A stretch of DNA of 64,000 bases from Pseudobacteriovorax sp. (GCA_050293845.1 JBNKNM010000004.1:18578-82577), one strand, 5' to 3'. Counted from the first letter of the stretch, positions 28,082 through 38,459 are shown. Numbers and translations: made by a program. Notes: generated by a model from the sequence alone, not told the origin.

Positions 28082-28894
28082 ATGGATATTATCGAAACAA
28101 ACTTTGTCAAACCAACACCCAAACCTGAGCTTGGCGGAGAGCTTGGGCTTTATGCTGAAGAAGTGGCGATTAGCTTAGGTGTTCCTGCAAGCAGAGTAAG
28201 ACAGAAACTTAAGGCGCGGGATTTAATATCTGACCTCGAAGAGAACAATATGACAGCCCTCACAATTGTGAGGGCTAATGAAGTTAATGGGTTAGAATAC
28301 AATGAATTCGTTTTAGATGCTCGAGCTGCCAAGTTTTTAGTTGCTACTTGGGCTAACAAAATTGGAAGAGCCTATCTTTCTTTTCTGTTGACCCTCGAAG
28401 AGCATCATGAATCACTTGAACAGGCTGCAGCCTCAGATCCGTTAATAGCCACCATGCTTGCTAACGCCAAGATCAGGCAAGAGCAAATTGGTCAAGCCAA
28501 GGCTCTAAAGGAGATCGAAATTAAGGTAGAAGCTCTCCCTGAAGCTCTTGAAAAGAAGACATTAAAAACGGTCGAAGAAAAATTCGACGAGGTTCTAGAG
28601 AAAAACTCCGATCTTCCCGATGAGTGCATCCGGATCGATGAGATCGGACCTAAGTACTTTAAAGGCACACCCAGGAATAAATGGAAGACTTACCTAGAAG
28701 CGAAGAATCACCCGAAAAAGAGCTTTCTTTATAGGGGCGAGGGCGGGGCAGTACCATCGTCGGCTTTTATCGAAGAAGGTTTGAATCAAGCGGCTCTAGA
28801 GTTTTATCGTGAAAGAGAATTTCTGAGAGAAACGCCGAAGCTGCGATTCTACAACCACCCACTAGTTGGCACTATGCAAGAACGGAAGGAATAG
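28082..28894 (+). CDS. Antirepressor/Rha-like protein
   Basis: LYAEEVAISLG...EFVLDARAAKFLVA...GRAYLSFL; strong RBS AAGGAG. Confidence 0.6.
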   Translation: MDIIETNFVKPTPKPELGGELGLYAEEVAISLGVPASRVRQKLKARDLISDLEENNMTALTIVRANEVNGLEYNEFVLDARAAKFLVATWANKIGRAYLSFLLTLEEHHESLEQAAASDPLIATMLANAKIRQEQIGQAKALKEIEIKVEALPEALEKKTLKTVEEKFDEVLEKNSDLPDECIRIDEIGPKYFKGTPRNKWKTYLEAKNHPKKSFLYRGEGGAVPSSAFIEEGLNQAALEFYREREFLRETPKLRFYNHPLVGTMQERKE

Positions 28895-28907
28895 ATGTAA
28901 ACATTTG

Positions 28908-30773
28908 GTTGAGTAGGTAAGGGGAGCTTCCCCCCAAACCTCTCTCAGAACGCAGCGTGAACCTCTCAGCTCACTGCGCTCCCACTGCTCAGTCTTATCT
29001 TGTCGAAGGAATTAGGTGCCAATGTGCGAATAGCAATGGGCGTTGGCTTTTTAGCCTACTCAGGAAACGCATCGTCTTACGCCACCCTCTCCTCTTTTTA
29101 AACTTCTTTCGAATCCATCTCATTAGCATTAGGTCTAAGTAGTTAGCTAGTGGATGAAGTCTAGATCTATAAAATGCACCATAATAGTTGATCCATCCGT
29201 TAATAATGGGATTTAGAGATTTTGCAAGAAATTCGATGTTATATGAAAGCCATCTTTTAAGTTTCCAACTGCGAATCTTGGCGTTAATTCTCTTTTTGGC
29301 CCTATTACTTATTGCTGGGAGAAAACCGGTGTAGATCTGCCCTGACCTGTTGTTGACCGCTTTTCGAGGTCGGAAAGTGAATCCAAGGAAATCAAAGCAT
29401 ATATAAGGGTATTTCACCCCTATGCTACTGCTGTCTTTGCAGAACACTATCTTGGTCTTTTCAGGGTGGATTTGGAGTTTGCAATCCAACAGCCTCCTCT
29501 CTACTGCTTCTTTTAATCTCCTTGCTTCCTCAAATGTTCGACTATGTATAACTATGTCGTCCGCATACCTCTCAAAGAGAATGTTCGGAAACATCCTGGC
29601 CATCCATAGATCAAAAGCATAGTGGAGAAAGAGGTTAGCGAGCAAAGGACTGACTACTCCACCTTGGGGCGTGCCTTTATCCCTGTTTTCTAGGCTTCCA
29701 TCCTCCTTCACTAAAGGAGTCTTTAGCCATCGACTTATGTACATCTTGATCCAAGAACAATCTGTATGCTTGTTCACCGCTCTCATCATAAGATCATGGT
29801 CAATATTATCAAAGAACCCTTTGATATCTAAGTCAACCACCCACTTGTAGGACCAGCATCGCTTTCGTGTCACTCTTACAGCATCAATTGCTGATTTTCC
29901 TGGCCTGTAGCCATAGGAGTCAGAGTGAAACATAGGGTCAATCTTTGGCTCTAAAGTCATCTTAACAACCATTTGAGCTACTCTATCTGCGACCGTTGGT
30001 ATTCCAAGAGAGCGTTCCCCTCCACCTGACTTAGGTATTACAACCTGTCTTACAGGTGGCGGAAAATAGCTTCCTGATGACATGCGATTCCAAATTTTGT
30101 ACAGATTATCTTTTAACTTCTCATCAAACTTTTGAATCGATTCTCGATCGACTCCGTAAGACCCTCCATTTGCTTTGACTTTCAACCAAGCTTCAAAAAC
30201 GAGCTTCTTTGAAATCGAGAAAGATTTCGACTTTGTGTCTTTCATCAGTTCCTCCCACATATATGGTTGACCGACCAATTCCACTGAACAGCACAGCCCC
30301 TTTGCTCCCACTCCATTACAGAGCTTTCAACACTACTACGGACTGTTCCGCCCCTGTGTGTGTCATCCGAAACTTGGCTCTTATGGGGCTTCCACTTGAG
30401 TTGTATCGTTACCATACACACGACAGGTTCCCATGTTCCATGTAAAAGCCTATGTTAGGTTCACGCCACCTCTACACCGGACACCACCTAGACAGTAAAC
30501 AGGTTTCTTCTAGGCTACTCTTGGGCGATGTTTAGTTCTCCCAATTTTGGCGATCAACTGATTACTTTCGATGTCTCTTCGAATGGTTCGCTTTCGCTCG
30601 TCTCCCTAACATGTACCTGACATGTCAAGCATGCCTTTTCCTTGTCGCTCACTACCACGTCTCTTTAACGAAGCAGCACAAGGCGGTTTGGTATCTCCTC
30701 CTGTAAGGCGACACCGAAGGGCCTACCTTCATCTTCTACACAGCATTAGCTCTCAGAGCTATTCATGGCACAC
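28908..30773 (-). mobile_element. Complete group II intron (RmInt1-like, bacterial class D)
   Basis: Minus strand starts GTGTGCC at 30773. Domain V GAGCGCAGTGAGCTGAGAGGTTCACGCTGCGTTC at 28948-28981. Domain VI ends CCTACTCAAC at 28908. EBS1 (30528-30534) matches the 5' exon ATGTTTA. Confidence 0.92.
28995..30245 (-). CDS. ltrA: Group II intron reverse transcriptase/maturase, no endonuclease domain
   Basis: VKANGGSYGVD, LGIPTVADR, GTPQGGVVSPLLANLFLH, RYADD, FDFLGF, GWINYY; ends LFAHW like the RmInt1 protein. Confidence 0.95.
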   Translation of the reverse strand: MKDTKSKSFSISKKLVFEAWLKVKANGGSYGVDRESIQKFDEKLKDNLYKIWNRMSSGSYFPPPVRQVVIPKSGGGERSLGIPTVADRVAQMVVKMTLEPKIDPMFHSDSYGYRPGKSAIDAVRVTRKRCWSYKWVVDLDIKGFFDNIDHDLMMRAVNKHTDCSWIKMYISRWLKTPLVKEDGSLENRDKGTPQGGVVSPLLANLFLHYAFDLWMARMFPNILFERYADDIVIHSRTFEEARRLKEAVERRLLDCKLQIHPEKTKIVFCKDSSSIGVKYPYICFDFLGFTFRPRKAVNNRSGQIYTGFLPAISNRAKKRINAKIRSWKLKRWLSYNIEFLAKSLNPIINGWINYYGAFYRSRLHPLANYLDLMLMRWIRKKFKKRRGWRKTMRFLSRLKSQRPLLFAHWHLIPSTR

Positions 30774-30996
30774 TAAACATGTAAACCCCTTAATATAACT
30801 AGGAAAACATGTTTACATTTTCAACTTAGGATCTAACGTCCAATGGCTTAGCAGCTAGGGAAAGAAGCTCTCAGGACGCGAACGAAAATAGTCTTTCTGA
30901 GTTGCAATTGCCTTTGAAATGAAGCTCTATTGGACAATGTTTACATTTGAAACATGTAAACACACTGTATTTACTAGGTATTCATGTTTACATTTT
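30774..30996. repeat. TGTAAACA/TGTTTACA repeats forming two ~60-bp boxes (box A split by the intron; its left part is at 28895-28907)
   Basis: Both boxes read CATGTAAAC-N11-ACTAGG-N4-CATGTTTACATTTT, starting at 30778 and 30953. Confidence 0.85.
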
Positions 30997-31008
30997 TGGA
31001 GAAAGATT

Positions 31009-31632
31009 ATGAGCAAGATAAGCCCACTGGCAATTCGCACCGACGATGAGAATAAAGAAAAGTTCAGCAGGTTGGCAGGTGACAAAAAAGCCGGTGACTT
31101 TCTAAAGGAACTAATGGACCACTTCGAGTCTCATTCTGCTGGCGGGGTAGTCGAAGTAAATGAGGACTATCTGCAAGTTAAAACAGCGATGAATAGGGTC
31201 CTGGAGATTTTCAACGGTGTTCACTCCAACGCTAGACTTTCAGAAGAGAACATTAGGTCTGAGCTCGGAAGAAGGATCGAGTCTCTTGAGGCTGAAAAAG
31301 CATCCGCAATAGAAAAGGCTAGAGCTTCCATTGATGAGGCTCAGGAGCTAGACAGAAAGCTTCAGGCCTCCGAGGGAATGGTTACCGCCTTTAAAACCAT
31401 TAAAGATGAACTGGATACTAAGAAAGTTGAACTTAACGATCTCAAGACGCAGCTTGGAGAAGCAACCACGCAGCTAAAGGATCTTCCAGGGAAAAATGAT
31501 GAGATCGGAGATTTAAAAATTCGAGTCGCCAAACTAGAAACAGAAAACGAACAACTTAGAGAGCGTATGGACGACTATAGAAGCTTTAACGGCTTTAACC
31601 GTGAGAGCGGAGGAGTCCAGCTTGATGCATAG
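31009..31632 (+). CDS. Ribbon-helix-helix-like N-terminus plus long coiled coil (KfrA-like architecture)
   Basis: PLAIRTDDENKEKFSRLAGDKKAGDFLKELMDHF, then about 120 aa of heptads; GGAG RBS. Confidence 0.65.
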   Translation: MSKISPLAIRTDDENKEKFSRLAGDKKAGDFLKELMDHFESHSAGGVVEVNEDYLQVKTAMNRVLEIFNGVHSNARLSEENIRSELGRRIESLEAEKASAIEKARASIDEAQELDRKLQASEGMVTAFKTIKDELDTKKVELNDLKTQLGEATTQLKDLPGKNDEIGDLKIRVAKLETENEQLRERMDDYRSFNGFNRESGGVQLDA

Positions 31633-31640
31633 GAAAAGAA

Positions 31641-31958
31641 ATGTTTACGGTGGAGAATCTTGAAATAGGTGGGAAGTCGCTTAGAGTTTTTGATTTCGAC
31701 GGCCTAACGGGTGTACTTATTAAAGACCTGGGTGACTACCTGGGAATCAAAGCACAATCTGTCTGCTATCATGTCGATCGGCACAACTTGCCATTGACGA
31801 AACTTTCTAAAGATCAGATCTGGGCACTGCGAGATGCGAAGGAAGTTAGCTATCATGTCTATCGTGCTTCGCTTCTTCCCATGAAGTCTGTTGCTAGAGT
31901 TATTAAGTCGACTCAAACTCAGGAGGCTAGAGATCTAAGTGATAGTAACTCGATATAG
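31641..31958 (+). CDS. BRO-N-like protein, paralogue of the 27294 N-domain, possibly truncated
   Basis: GVLIKDLGDYLG...VDRHNL...ALRD...LLPMKSVARVIKSTQTQEA aligns by eye with the 27294 product. Confidence 0.55.
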   Translation: MFTVENLEIGGKSLRVFDFDGLTGVLIKDLGDYLGIKAQSVCYHVDRHNLPLTKLSKDQIWALRDAKEVSYHVYRASLLPMKSVARVIKSTQTQEARDLSDSNSI

Positions 31959-32276
31959 AGAGAAAAAGAGGGGAATCCCACCTTACTTCATTTAGAAAAA
32001 CCTAATATGTAAATCTTTTCGATAGTAGATGTAAGAAAACAAATTCATCGCTTTTTGCAAGCACGGTCATATTACTGTTGGTCGCTCTGCCATGACTGTA
32101 TGTCGTTTTGATTAGGTCGTTCTCTATTTTCATAAATTTTTCTTTCAGGTGGGGGTAAGTTAGAAAGTACCAAAGTTATCCATAATTTTGTGAATAACCA
32201 AACATCATTAGAGATTCCCGTTGTAATGCATGAAACTCCTAAGAAGAAATAAATTTAAACTTTCTATATTCTATGT

Positions 32277-32303
32277 GTCACAAATTTCTCTGATGATTCG
32301 TAA
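32277..32303 (+). promoter_or_regulatory. ECF-type promoter GTCACA-N15-TCGTA upstream of the csoR-copA cluster
   Basis: Same motif and spacing as the two copies flanking the ECF sigma gene. Confidence 0.6.
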
Positions 32304-32480
32304 TAGAAGTTGAAGCCTATCGCATAATTAAAAAATTCAAACTGATTGATAGGCACTATCATTACGATTTATAGGGATAATTTAAGTTGTTAGCATATCA
32401 GCCAAATTAAGTTTATTTAATTTTCACAACTCAGAAGGTGCTAGGTATTTTTTTTAATGAAAACAGGAAATTATACCTGC

Positions 32481-32496
32481 ATACCCATACCAGTAT
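32481..32496 (+). promoter_or_regulatory. CsoR/RcnR-type operator candidate
   Basis: ATAC-CCATACCA-GTAT inverted repeat with C-rich core, upstream of csoR. Confidence 0.5.
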
Positions 32497-32549
32497 AGGG
32501 CTTGTTTTTATTACACATTGAGATCAGTATTACAGTCAATGGAGGGAAT

Positions 32550-32834
32550 ATGAAGAGATATGAAAGTCCGGACCATAAACAGCAAATCGTTGCTCTAAAC
32601 AGGGTTTTGGGTCAAATAGAGTCGGTTAAAAAGATGATAATTGGTAGGAAATACTGCCCTGATATTATCCATCAAATAAGGGCCGCTCGAGGGGGATTGG
32701 TCAGTGCCGAAGTTTCTGTATTGGCTTCTCACATTTCGAATTGCCTTCATGAAGCAATAAGATCAGAAGACGATGTCCTCATAAAAGAAAAAACTATCGA
32801 AATTTCAAAATATGTAAAAGGGCTGATAGTTTAA
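32550..32834 (+). CDS. csoR: CsoR/RcnR family metal-sensing repressor
   Basis: LNRVLGQI...KYCPDIIHQIRAAR...HISNC. Confidence 0.88.
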   Translation: MKRYESPDHKQQIVALNRVLGQIESVKKMIIGRKYCPDIIHQIRAARGGLVSAEVSVLASHISNCLHEAIRSEDDVLIKEKTIEISKYVKGLIV

Positions 32835-32858
32835 TATTAGCAATAGGGAGACTGTCGA

Positions 32859-33095
32859 TTGCATAGTCACAAAGCAAACAAAGGTCAGACTGGAAATCCA
32901 AAAAAGATTTATCTTCTTCTGGGTGGAATTGTTGGAGGATACTACCTGTGGGGTTGGCATAAAGATCATGTCCTACAGTATTGGCCAATAGCTATTTTTT
33001 TGATGTGCCCTTTAATGCATCTATTTCATGGTCACGGAAGCCATGCCAAGTCGAATGAAAATCAATCGCTTCAAGATAGAGACGAAAAGGACTAA
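32859..33095 (+). CDS. DUF2933-family small membrane protein
   Basis: YYLWGWHKDH...LMCPLMHLFHGHGSH. Confidence 0.85.
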   Translation: MHSHKANKGQTGNPKKIYLLLGGIVGGYYLWGWHKDHVLQYWPIAIFLMCPLMHLFHGHGSHAKSNENQSLQDRDEKD

Positions 33096-33146
33096 AAGTA
33101 TAACTGTCATTGAATAAAATACAAACTTAGATTTAAGGGAGCAAGA

Positions 33147-33824
33147 ATGCATGAGGTTTCTGAAAGCTATGCATATGGATTGTGGAGTATAGTGCTTTTT
33201 AATGTTGTTTTATTCGCAGGGTTTATCTACTCATTTGCTAAACCAAAGACGAAGGTAGAGTGGCGATCTTTTGGTTTATTTTCAAGTTTTTTAGTTGCCT
33301 TATTTGTAGAGATGTACGGATTTCCGTTAACAATTTATGCATTAACCTCATGGCTAGGAAGCAAATATCCTGTTGTTAACCCTTTCGCCCACGACAACGG
33401 TCACCTATGGGGTGTATTCTTAAATTCAGGATCAGGTCATTTTTCGTGGCCTCATATATTAAGTAACATTTTGATCGTCGCCGGCGCTCTTGTAATCTCT
33501 TCAGGTTGGAGGTCAGTTCATCAGTCCCCTGGAAAAATTGCAACAGATGGTCTCTACAAATTTGTTAGTCATCCTCAATATACCGGATTCATACTTGTTA
33601 TACTCGGGTTTCTTGTCCAGTGGCCAACCATCATTACCATCTTAATGGCTCCTATTCTGATTTTTCGCTATATTCATTTAGCTAAAAAAGAAGAACTTTA
33701 TATGAAAAATATATTCCCTAATGAATATGCAAATTATCTAAATAGAAAACCTAGATTCATACCAAAGTTTAAAGACGTAATGAATCACTATCGTAATCAC
33801 AATCAATTGCATCGACAGGGTTGA
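33147..33824 (+). CDS. Isoprenylcysteine carboxyl methyltransferase (STE14/PEMT) family protein
   Basis: VALFVEMYGFPLTIY...ATDGLYKFVSHPQYTG...EE. Confidence 0.85.
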   Translation: MHEVSESYAYGLWSIVLFNVVLFAGFIYSFAKPKTKVEWRSFGLFSSFLVALFVEMYGFPLTIYALTSWLGSKYPVVNPFAHDNGHLWGVFLNSGSGHFSWPHILSNILIVAGALVISSGWRSVHQSPGKIATDGLYKFVSHPQYTGFILVILGFLVQWPTIITILMAPILIFRYIHLAKKEELYMKNIFPNEYANYLNRKPRFIPKFKDVMNHYRNHNQLHRQG

Positions 33825-34078
33825 AAATGGCGGAATTCTTAGGTGATATAGCCTTCATGATCGAGGCTCTAGTTTTGGGACTTGGGTTAGTGGTTTTACA
33901 TTTCAATCAAAAAGAAAGTTCTCCCTACCTAAAATGGTCTGGGAGACTAATGGCTGCTTGTGCAATTTTCGGTATGATATGTACAATAACGTTCTATTTG
34001 AAGTATTTTATGGCTGGAGAATTTGATCGAGCTTATCCCTTAAAGTCATCTAGTGGAGAAATGAACCACTTAAATTGA
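33821..34078 (+). CDS. Small two-TM membrane protein
   Basis: Two hydrophobic helices; operonic position. Confidence 0.6.
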   Translation: MKMAEFLGDIAFMIEALVLGLGLVVLHFNQKESSPYLKWSGRLMAACAIFGMICTITFYLKYFMAGEFDRAYPLKSSSGEMNHLN

Positions 34079-34162
34079 GGGAAAAACGTAAAATTATGAC
34101 TAGATTATTTCTTTCGTCTAGATTGAATGTTGAAAAATAGAGATTGAAGGTAAAGGATTAAT

Positions 34163-36382
34163 ATGGCTTCGAAGAATATAGTCGGTAACGATCACAAGAA
34201 TTGCGAAAATAGTCATAGGCATCATGGTCATGGTAGTGATAATACTAAACACTCATCAGCAGATCCTAATGCAATATATACCTGCCCCATGCATTCTGAG
34301 ATTCGTCAAAAAGGACCCGGATCCTGCCCGAAATGTGGTATGGCGCTTGAGCCTCTTCTTGGTGAAGACTCGGACAACTCAGAATACCTTGACATGAAAA
34401 AACGATTTATTCTGGCGGCTGTATTTACTGTGCCTTTGTTTATCATATCGATGGGTGATCTACTTCCTGGTAAACCAATATCTCAAATGCTTTCGTCATC
34501 TGTTCGTTTGTGGCTGGAACTCATATTGGCAACTCCAGTTTGCATTTGGTCAGCTCTCCCCTTCTATACCAGAGGAATTGACTCCATTAGAAGAAAAAGC
34601 TTAAATATGTTTACACTGATTGGTATAGGTGTCAGCGTAGCCTATGGATATAGCCTTGTGGCTTCAATTTTTCCAAATCTTTTCCCTGATTCGTTTCGCG
34701 ATTCAAGCGGTCATGTGTCTGTTTACTTCGAAGCAGCAGGGGTTATTGTTACACTAATCTTGCTGGGACAGGTTATGGAACTTCGGGCAAGAACTCAAAC
34801 AGGAGAAGCGATCAAGAAATTACTCGGTCTTGCCGCTAAAAATGCAAAGAGAATAAATGACGACGGTTCTGAAGAAGACGTACCACTAGACGAAGTTAAA
34901 TTAGATGATAAATTAAGGGTTAGGCCGGGAGAGAAAATCCCAGTTGATGGCGTTGTATTAGAAGGTCGGAGCTCTGTTGATGAATCTATGATCTCAGGCG
35001 AACCTATTCCTGTTGAGAAAAATAGAGGTGACAAAGTGGTTGGTGCCACAGTAAACGGTACTGGTGGTCTGGTAGTTAGAGCCGAAAAAATTGGTTCTGA
35101 GACACTATTATCTAGGATTATCCATATGGTTGCTGAAGCTCAAAGAAGCAAAGCTCCTATCCAAAAGTTGGCTGATGTTGTATCAGGCTATTTCGTTCCA
35201 TTAGTTTTGGTAATCGCTGTAGTGACCTTCGTTGTTTGGAGTATGTTTGGTCCAGAGCCTGCAATGGCATATGCTCTGATTAATTCCGTGGCAGTTCTAA
35301 TCATTGCATGTCCATGCGCATTAGGTTTAGCTACGCCCATGTCAATCATGGTATCTACAGGTAGAGGCGCACTCGGAGGAGTACTATTCAAAGACGCCGA
35401 AGCGATAGAAGTCATGCGTAAGGTTACGACCTTAGTTGTAGACAAGACAGGTACCTTGACGGAAGGGAAACCTAAGCTTGTCACAATACTACCAACATTA
35501 AACGGATTGAATGAGAGTGACTTCCTCGCCTACGTCGCCACATTAGAAAAAGGTAGTGAGCACCCTTTAGCTGCCGCAATAGTTAATGGAGCAAAGGAAA
35601 GAGACATAGAACTTCTATCAGTTAAGGATTTTGAATCAGTAACAGGCAAAGGAGTAAAAGGGTTCATCTCTGGGAAAAGCATTGCACTAGGAAACTCATC
35701 TCTAATGAAAGATTTAGGCGTCGATGCTTCTCGATTGATTGACAAAGCTGAAGCTTTACGTTCGGAAGGGCAAACAGCTATGTTTGTCGCAATTGACCTA
35801 GAATCCGCGGGACTTATTGGAGTTGCCGACCCAATTAAAGAAAGCACTCCTGAAGCAATCGAAGCTTTACATAAAGATGGCGTTAAAGTAGTCATGCTTA
35901 CCGGTGATAGCAATACTACTGCACTTGCGGTCGCAAAAAAGCTCGGGATCGAAGAAGTAGTCGCTGAAGTTCTACCTGATCAAAAGGTATCTGAGGTCGT
36001 CAGATTACAAAAAGAAGGTGAAATTGTGGCTATGGCTGGCGATGGCATCAATGACGCTCCGGCTCTGGCAAAAGCTGAGGTTGGAATCGCAATGGGTACA
36101 GGGACAGATGTGGCAATGGAAAGTGCTAGCGTCACACTTGTAAAAGGTGATCTCCGGGGTATACTTCGTGCTCGGCTTCTAAGTCGAGCGACAATGAGAA
36201 ATATCAAACAAAATCTATTTTTCGCCTTTGTCTATAATGCTGCTGGGGTCCCCATAGCAGCAGGTCTACTGTATCCTTCTTTTGGTATTCTACTTAGCCC
36301 TATTATTGCAGCAGCAGCTATGAGTTTTAGTTCTATTTCAGTTATCGCAAATGCTTTGCGACTGAAAACAACTCAAATATAA
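34163..36382 (+). CDS. copA: Cu(I)/Ag(I) P1B-type ATPase
   Basis: His-rich N-term, [36 protein letters not shown] and AAAAMSFSS. Confidence 0.95.
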   Translation: MASKNIVGNDHKNCENSHRHHGHGSDNTKHSSADPNAIYTCPMHSEIRQKGPGSCPKCGMALEPLLGEDSDNSEYLDMKKRFILAAVFTVPLFIISMGDLLPGKPISQMLSSSVRLWLELILATPVCIWSALPFYTRGIDSIRRKSLNMFTLIGIGVSVAYGYSLVASIFPNLFPDSFRDSSGHVSVYFEAAGVIVTLILLGQVMELRARTQTGEAIKKLLGLAAKNAKRINDDGSEEDVPLDEVKLDDKLRVRPGEKIPVDGVVLEGRSSVDESMISGEPIPVEKNRGDKVVGATVNGTGGLVVRAEKIGSETLLSRIIHMVAEAQRSKAPIQKLADVVSGYFVPLVLVIAVVTFVVWSMFGPEPAMAYALINSVAVLIIACPCALGLATPMSIMVSTGRGALGGVLFKDAEAIEVMRKVTTLVVDKTGTLTEGKPKLVTILPTLNGLNESDFLAYVATLEKGSEHPLAAAIVNGAKERDIELLSVKDFESVTGKGVKGFISGKSIALGNSSLMKDLGVDASRLIDKAEALRSEGQTAMFVAIDLESAGLIGVADPIKESTPEAIEALHKDGVKVVMLTGDSNTTALAVAKKLGIEEVVAEVLPDQKVSEVVRLQKEGEIVAMAGDGINDAPALAKAEVGIAMGTGTDVAMESASVTLVKGDLRGILRARLLSRATMRNIKQNLFFAFVYNAAGVPIAAGLLYPSFGILLSPIIAAAAMSFSSISVIANALRLKTTQI

Positions 36383-36439
36383 TAATGTAAATTGTATCCA
36401 AAAATACAATGCATATTTACTAATAGGTTAGATATAGAT

Positions 36440-37209
36440 ATGAGCGAAAATTCAGCTATTGCTTATTTGGATGAAAATTTTTTGGATAGCGATGAAGGAA
36501 GGCCTTTACGGATTTTGGCAGAATATCTGAAGCCTATGCAGACTTTCAAGCAAGAAAACATACAGGATACCATTGTGTTTTTGGCTCAGCGCGGTTACAA
36601 GAAAATGGCCCTCTAGGTCGATTATATAGAGATGCGAGAGAATTAGCCAAAATCATAACAGAATGGTCACTATCCCTATGTTGTGATGAATATCGCTTTA
36701 TTGTTTGCACTGGCGGAGGGGGAGGAATAATGGAAGCTGCAAACCGTGGAGCAAACGACGCTGGTGGTCGTAGTATTGGCCTAAATATTGGATTGCCGTC
36801 CGAACAAACGCCAAATCCTTATATAACACCTGATCTGGGATTTGAATTTCACTACTTTTTTACTCGTAAACTTTGGTTCGCTCATCTTGCACGCGCCATG
36901 TTTATATTCCCAGGAGGATTTGGAACGCTTGATGAACTATGTGAGATACTAACTCTCTCACAAACTAAAAAATTAACACGACACATCCCCGTATTTCTTT
37001 ATAATCGTGCTTTTTGGGAAGATATACTAAATTTTGATTCGCTCCTGAAGTATGGCATGATAAGCAAGAAGGATTTAGACCTCTTTCAATTCGTCGAAAG
37101 TCCTGCAGAAGCATTTGAAAAACTTAGGGTTCATCTCGACGAGACCGTAAGAGAAACGATACCCTCGTTTGCAAAATCAGCTACCTCAATATGTAAAGCC
37201 ACTAAATAG
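36440..37209 (+). pseudogene. LOG (TIGR00730-like) family gene with one frameshift
   Basis: Adding one T to the T5 run at 36578-36582 gives VFFGSAR...TGGGGGIMEAANRG...FPGGFGTLDE in one frame. Confidence 0.8.
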
Positions 37210-37330
37210 GGTTTCTTTCTTCATATGTTGGGCAACATATATTTTTTGACAATTAAAAGGAGTACTTGGACAGTCTTTCACTATTGGAATTTTCTAATAT
37301 CAGATTTTCGACAAGAAAAAGGATTATCAA

Positions 37331-37702
37331 ATGCATATCACTTATGAAGTAAAAAACTTTGACCAAACTAGAAGTAAATTCATTGCAATCGCATCCGCCC
37401 TTACCCTGAGTATTGCATCTATAGGATATTCTGAAGGAAGCAAGGGTCATGACAAACACGACCATAAAGAAGCAAAGGATATGCATGAAATGATGTCTCC
37501 AGACATGCATAAAATGATGATGTCTCCAGACATGCATAAGAAAATGGCTAAGATGCACTCCAAGGCTGCAGATTGCCTTAATAAGACTAAGGGCAATAAA
37601 GCCTGCATATCCGAAATGAAGACCCATCATGAACAGATGATGGGATCAATGGGCATGAGCTGTTCAATGATGGGAGCTAGTAAAAAAGATCATCATAACT
37701 AA
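37331..37702 (+). CDS. Met/His-rich periplasmic protein, candidate Cu/Ag binder
   Basis: Signal-like hydrophobic segment; HDKHDHK, two MMSPDMHK repeats, CxxxxxxxxxC. Confidence 0.7.
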   Translation: MHITYEVKNFDQTRSKFIAIASALTLSIASIGYSEGSKGHDKHDHKEAKDMHEMMSPDMHKMMMSPDMHKKMAKMHSKAADCLNKTKGNKACISEMKTHHEQMMGSMGMSCSMMGASKKDHHN

Positions 37703-37760
37703 ATACTAGATTATCGACCTAGCTTCTATAGGCTAGGGTCAACTTTTTTGGAGCAATTTT

Positions 37761-38273
37761 ATGTCTATTCTAAACGCAACAAAACCTGTTGATGTCAGGG
37801 TATCTATGCTTATGAACAAAAAGATCATTAGCGTACAAACTGATTTTTCAGTTCCAGATGTAGCACACTTGCTCACCAGACATAACATATCTTCCGTACC
37901 AGTATTGAACAAAGAACTTTCAGTGGTCGGATTTGTAACTTTAGGTGACTGCCTTAAATGCATGGTGAACTGTCTTTATCATGGCCACAATAATTTAATG
38001 GAAGCAAAAGATATAATGACGAAAGAGGTCGTGAAAGTTCCAGAAACTTTGGATTTATTTTCGCTCGAAGATCTTCTGATTTCGAAAAATATTCATGATG
38101 CACCTGTGGTAAATGAAAATGATGAAATGGTTGGAATGATAACTCGAAAGGCAGCAGTCAAAGGTATAGAACAACTATATCGCGAGACACTACAATACAA
38201 AGCATCAATTAAGGAACCATTGGAAATGACGGCCCATGAGCGAATGCGATACACAATGAAGCATATAAGTTGA
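37761..38273 (+). CDS. CBS-domain protein
   Basis: Two CBS repeats: ISSVPVLN...VGFVT and IHDAPVVN...VGMIT. Confidence 0.88.
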   Translation: MSILNATKPVDVRVSMLMNKKIISVQTDFSVPDVAHLLTRHNISSVPVLNKELSVVGFVTLGDCLKCMVNCLYHGHNNLMEAKDIMTKEVVKVPETLDLFSLEDLLISKNIHDAPVVNENDEMVGMITRKAAVKGIEQLYRETLQYKASIKEPLEMTAHERMRYTMKHIS

Positions 38274-38459
38274 CTAAATGCAATGATCTAAGTCCGATAG
38301 TTTGCCTCCATAATTGTTCTAGGTAAATCCAGAATCAATAGGTGAGTGAAATAGGCTGGGATTGACCGAGATATTAGAAGTACTCAAGGTAGCAAATCTT
38401 AAAAGAAATGCATCAAATCATATATTTCTTCTAATATTTGAGGACTCTTCAGAGACTTT

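Noticed and set aside
28995..30311. RT as a DGR, retron or defence RT
   Set aside because: It has a maturase domain and RmInt1-like sequence and is flanked by GTGTG, domain V and domain VI. No TR/VR pair was seen.
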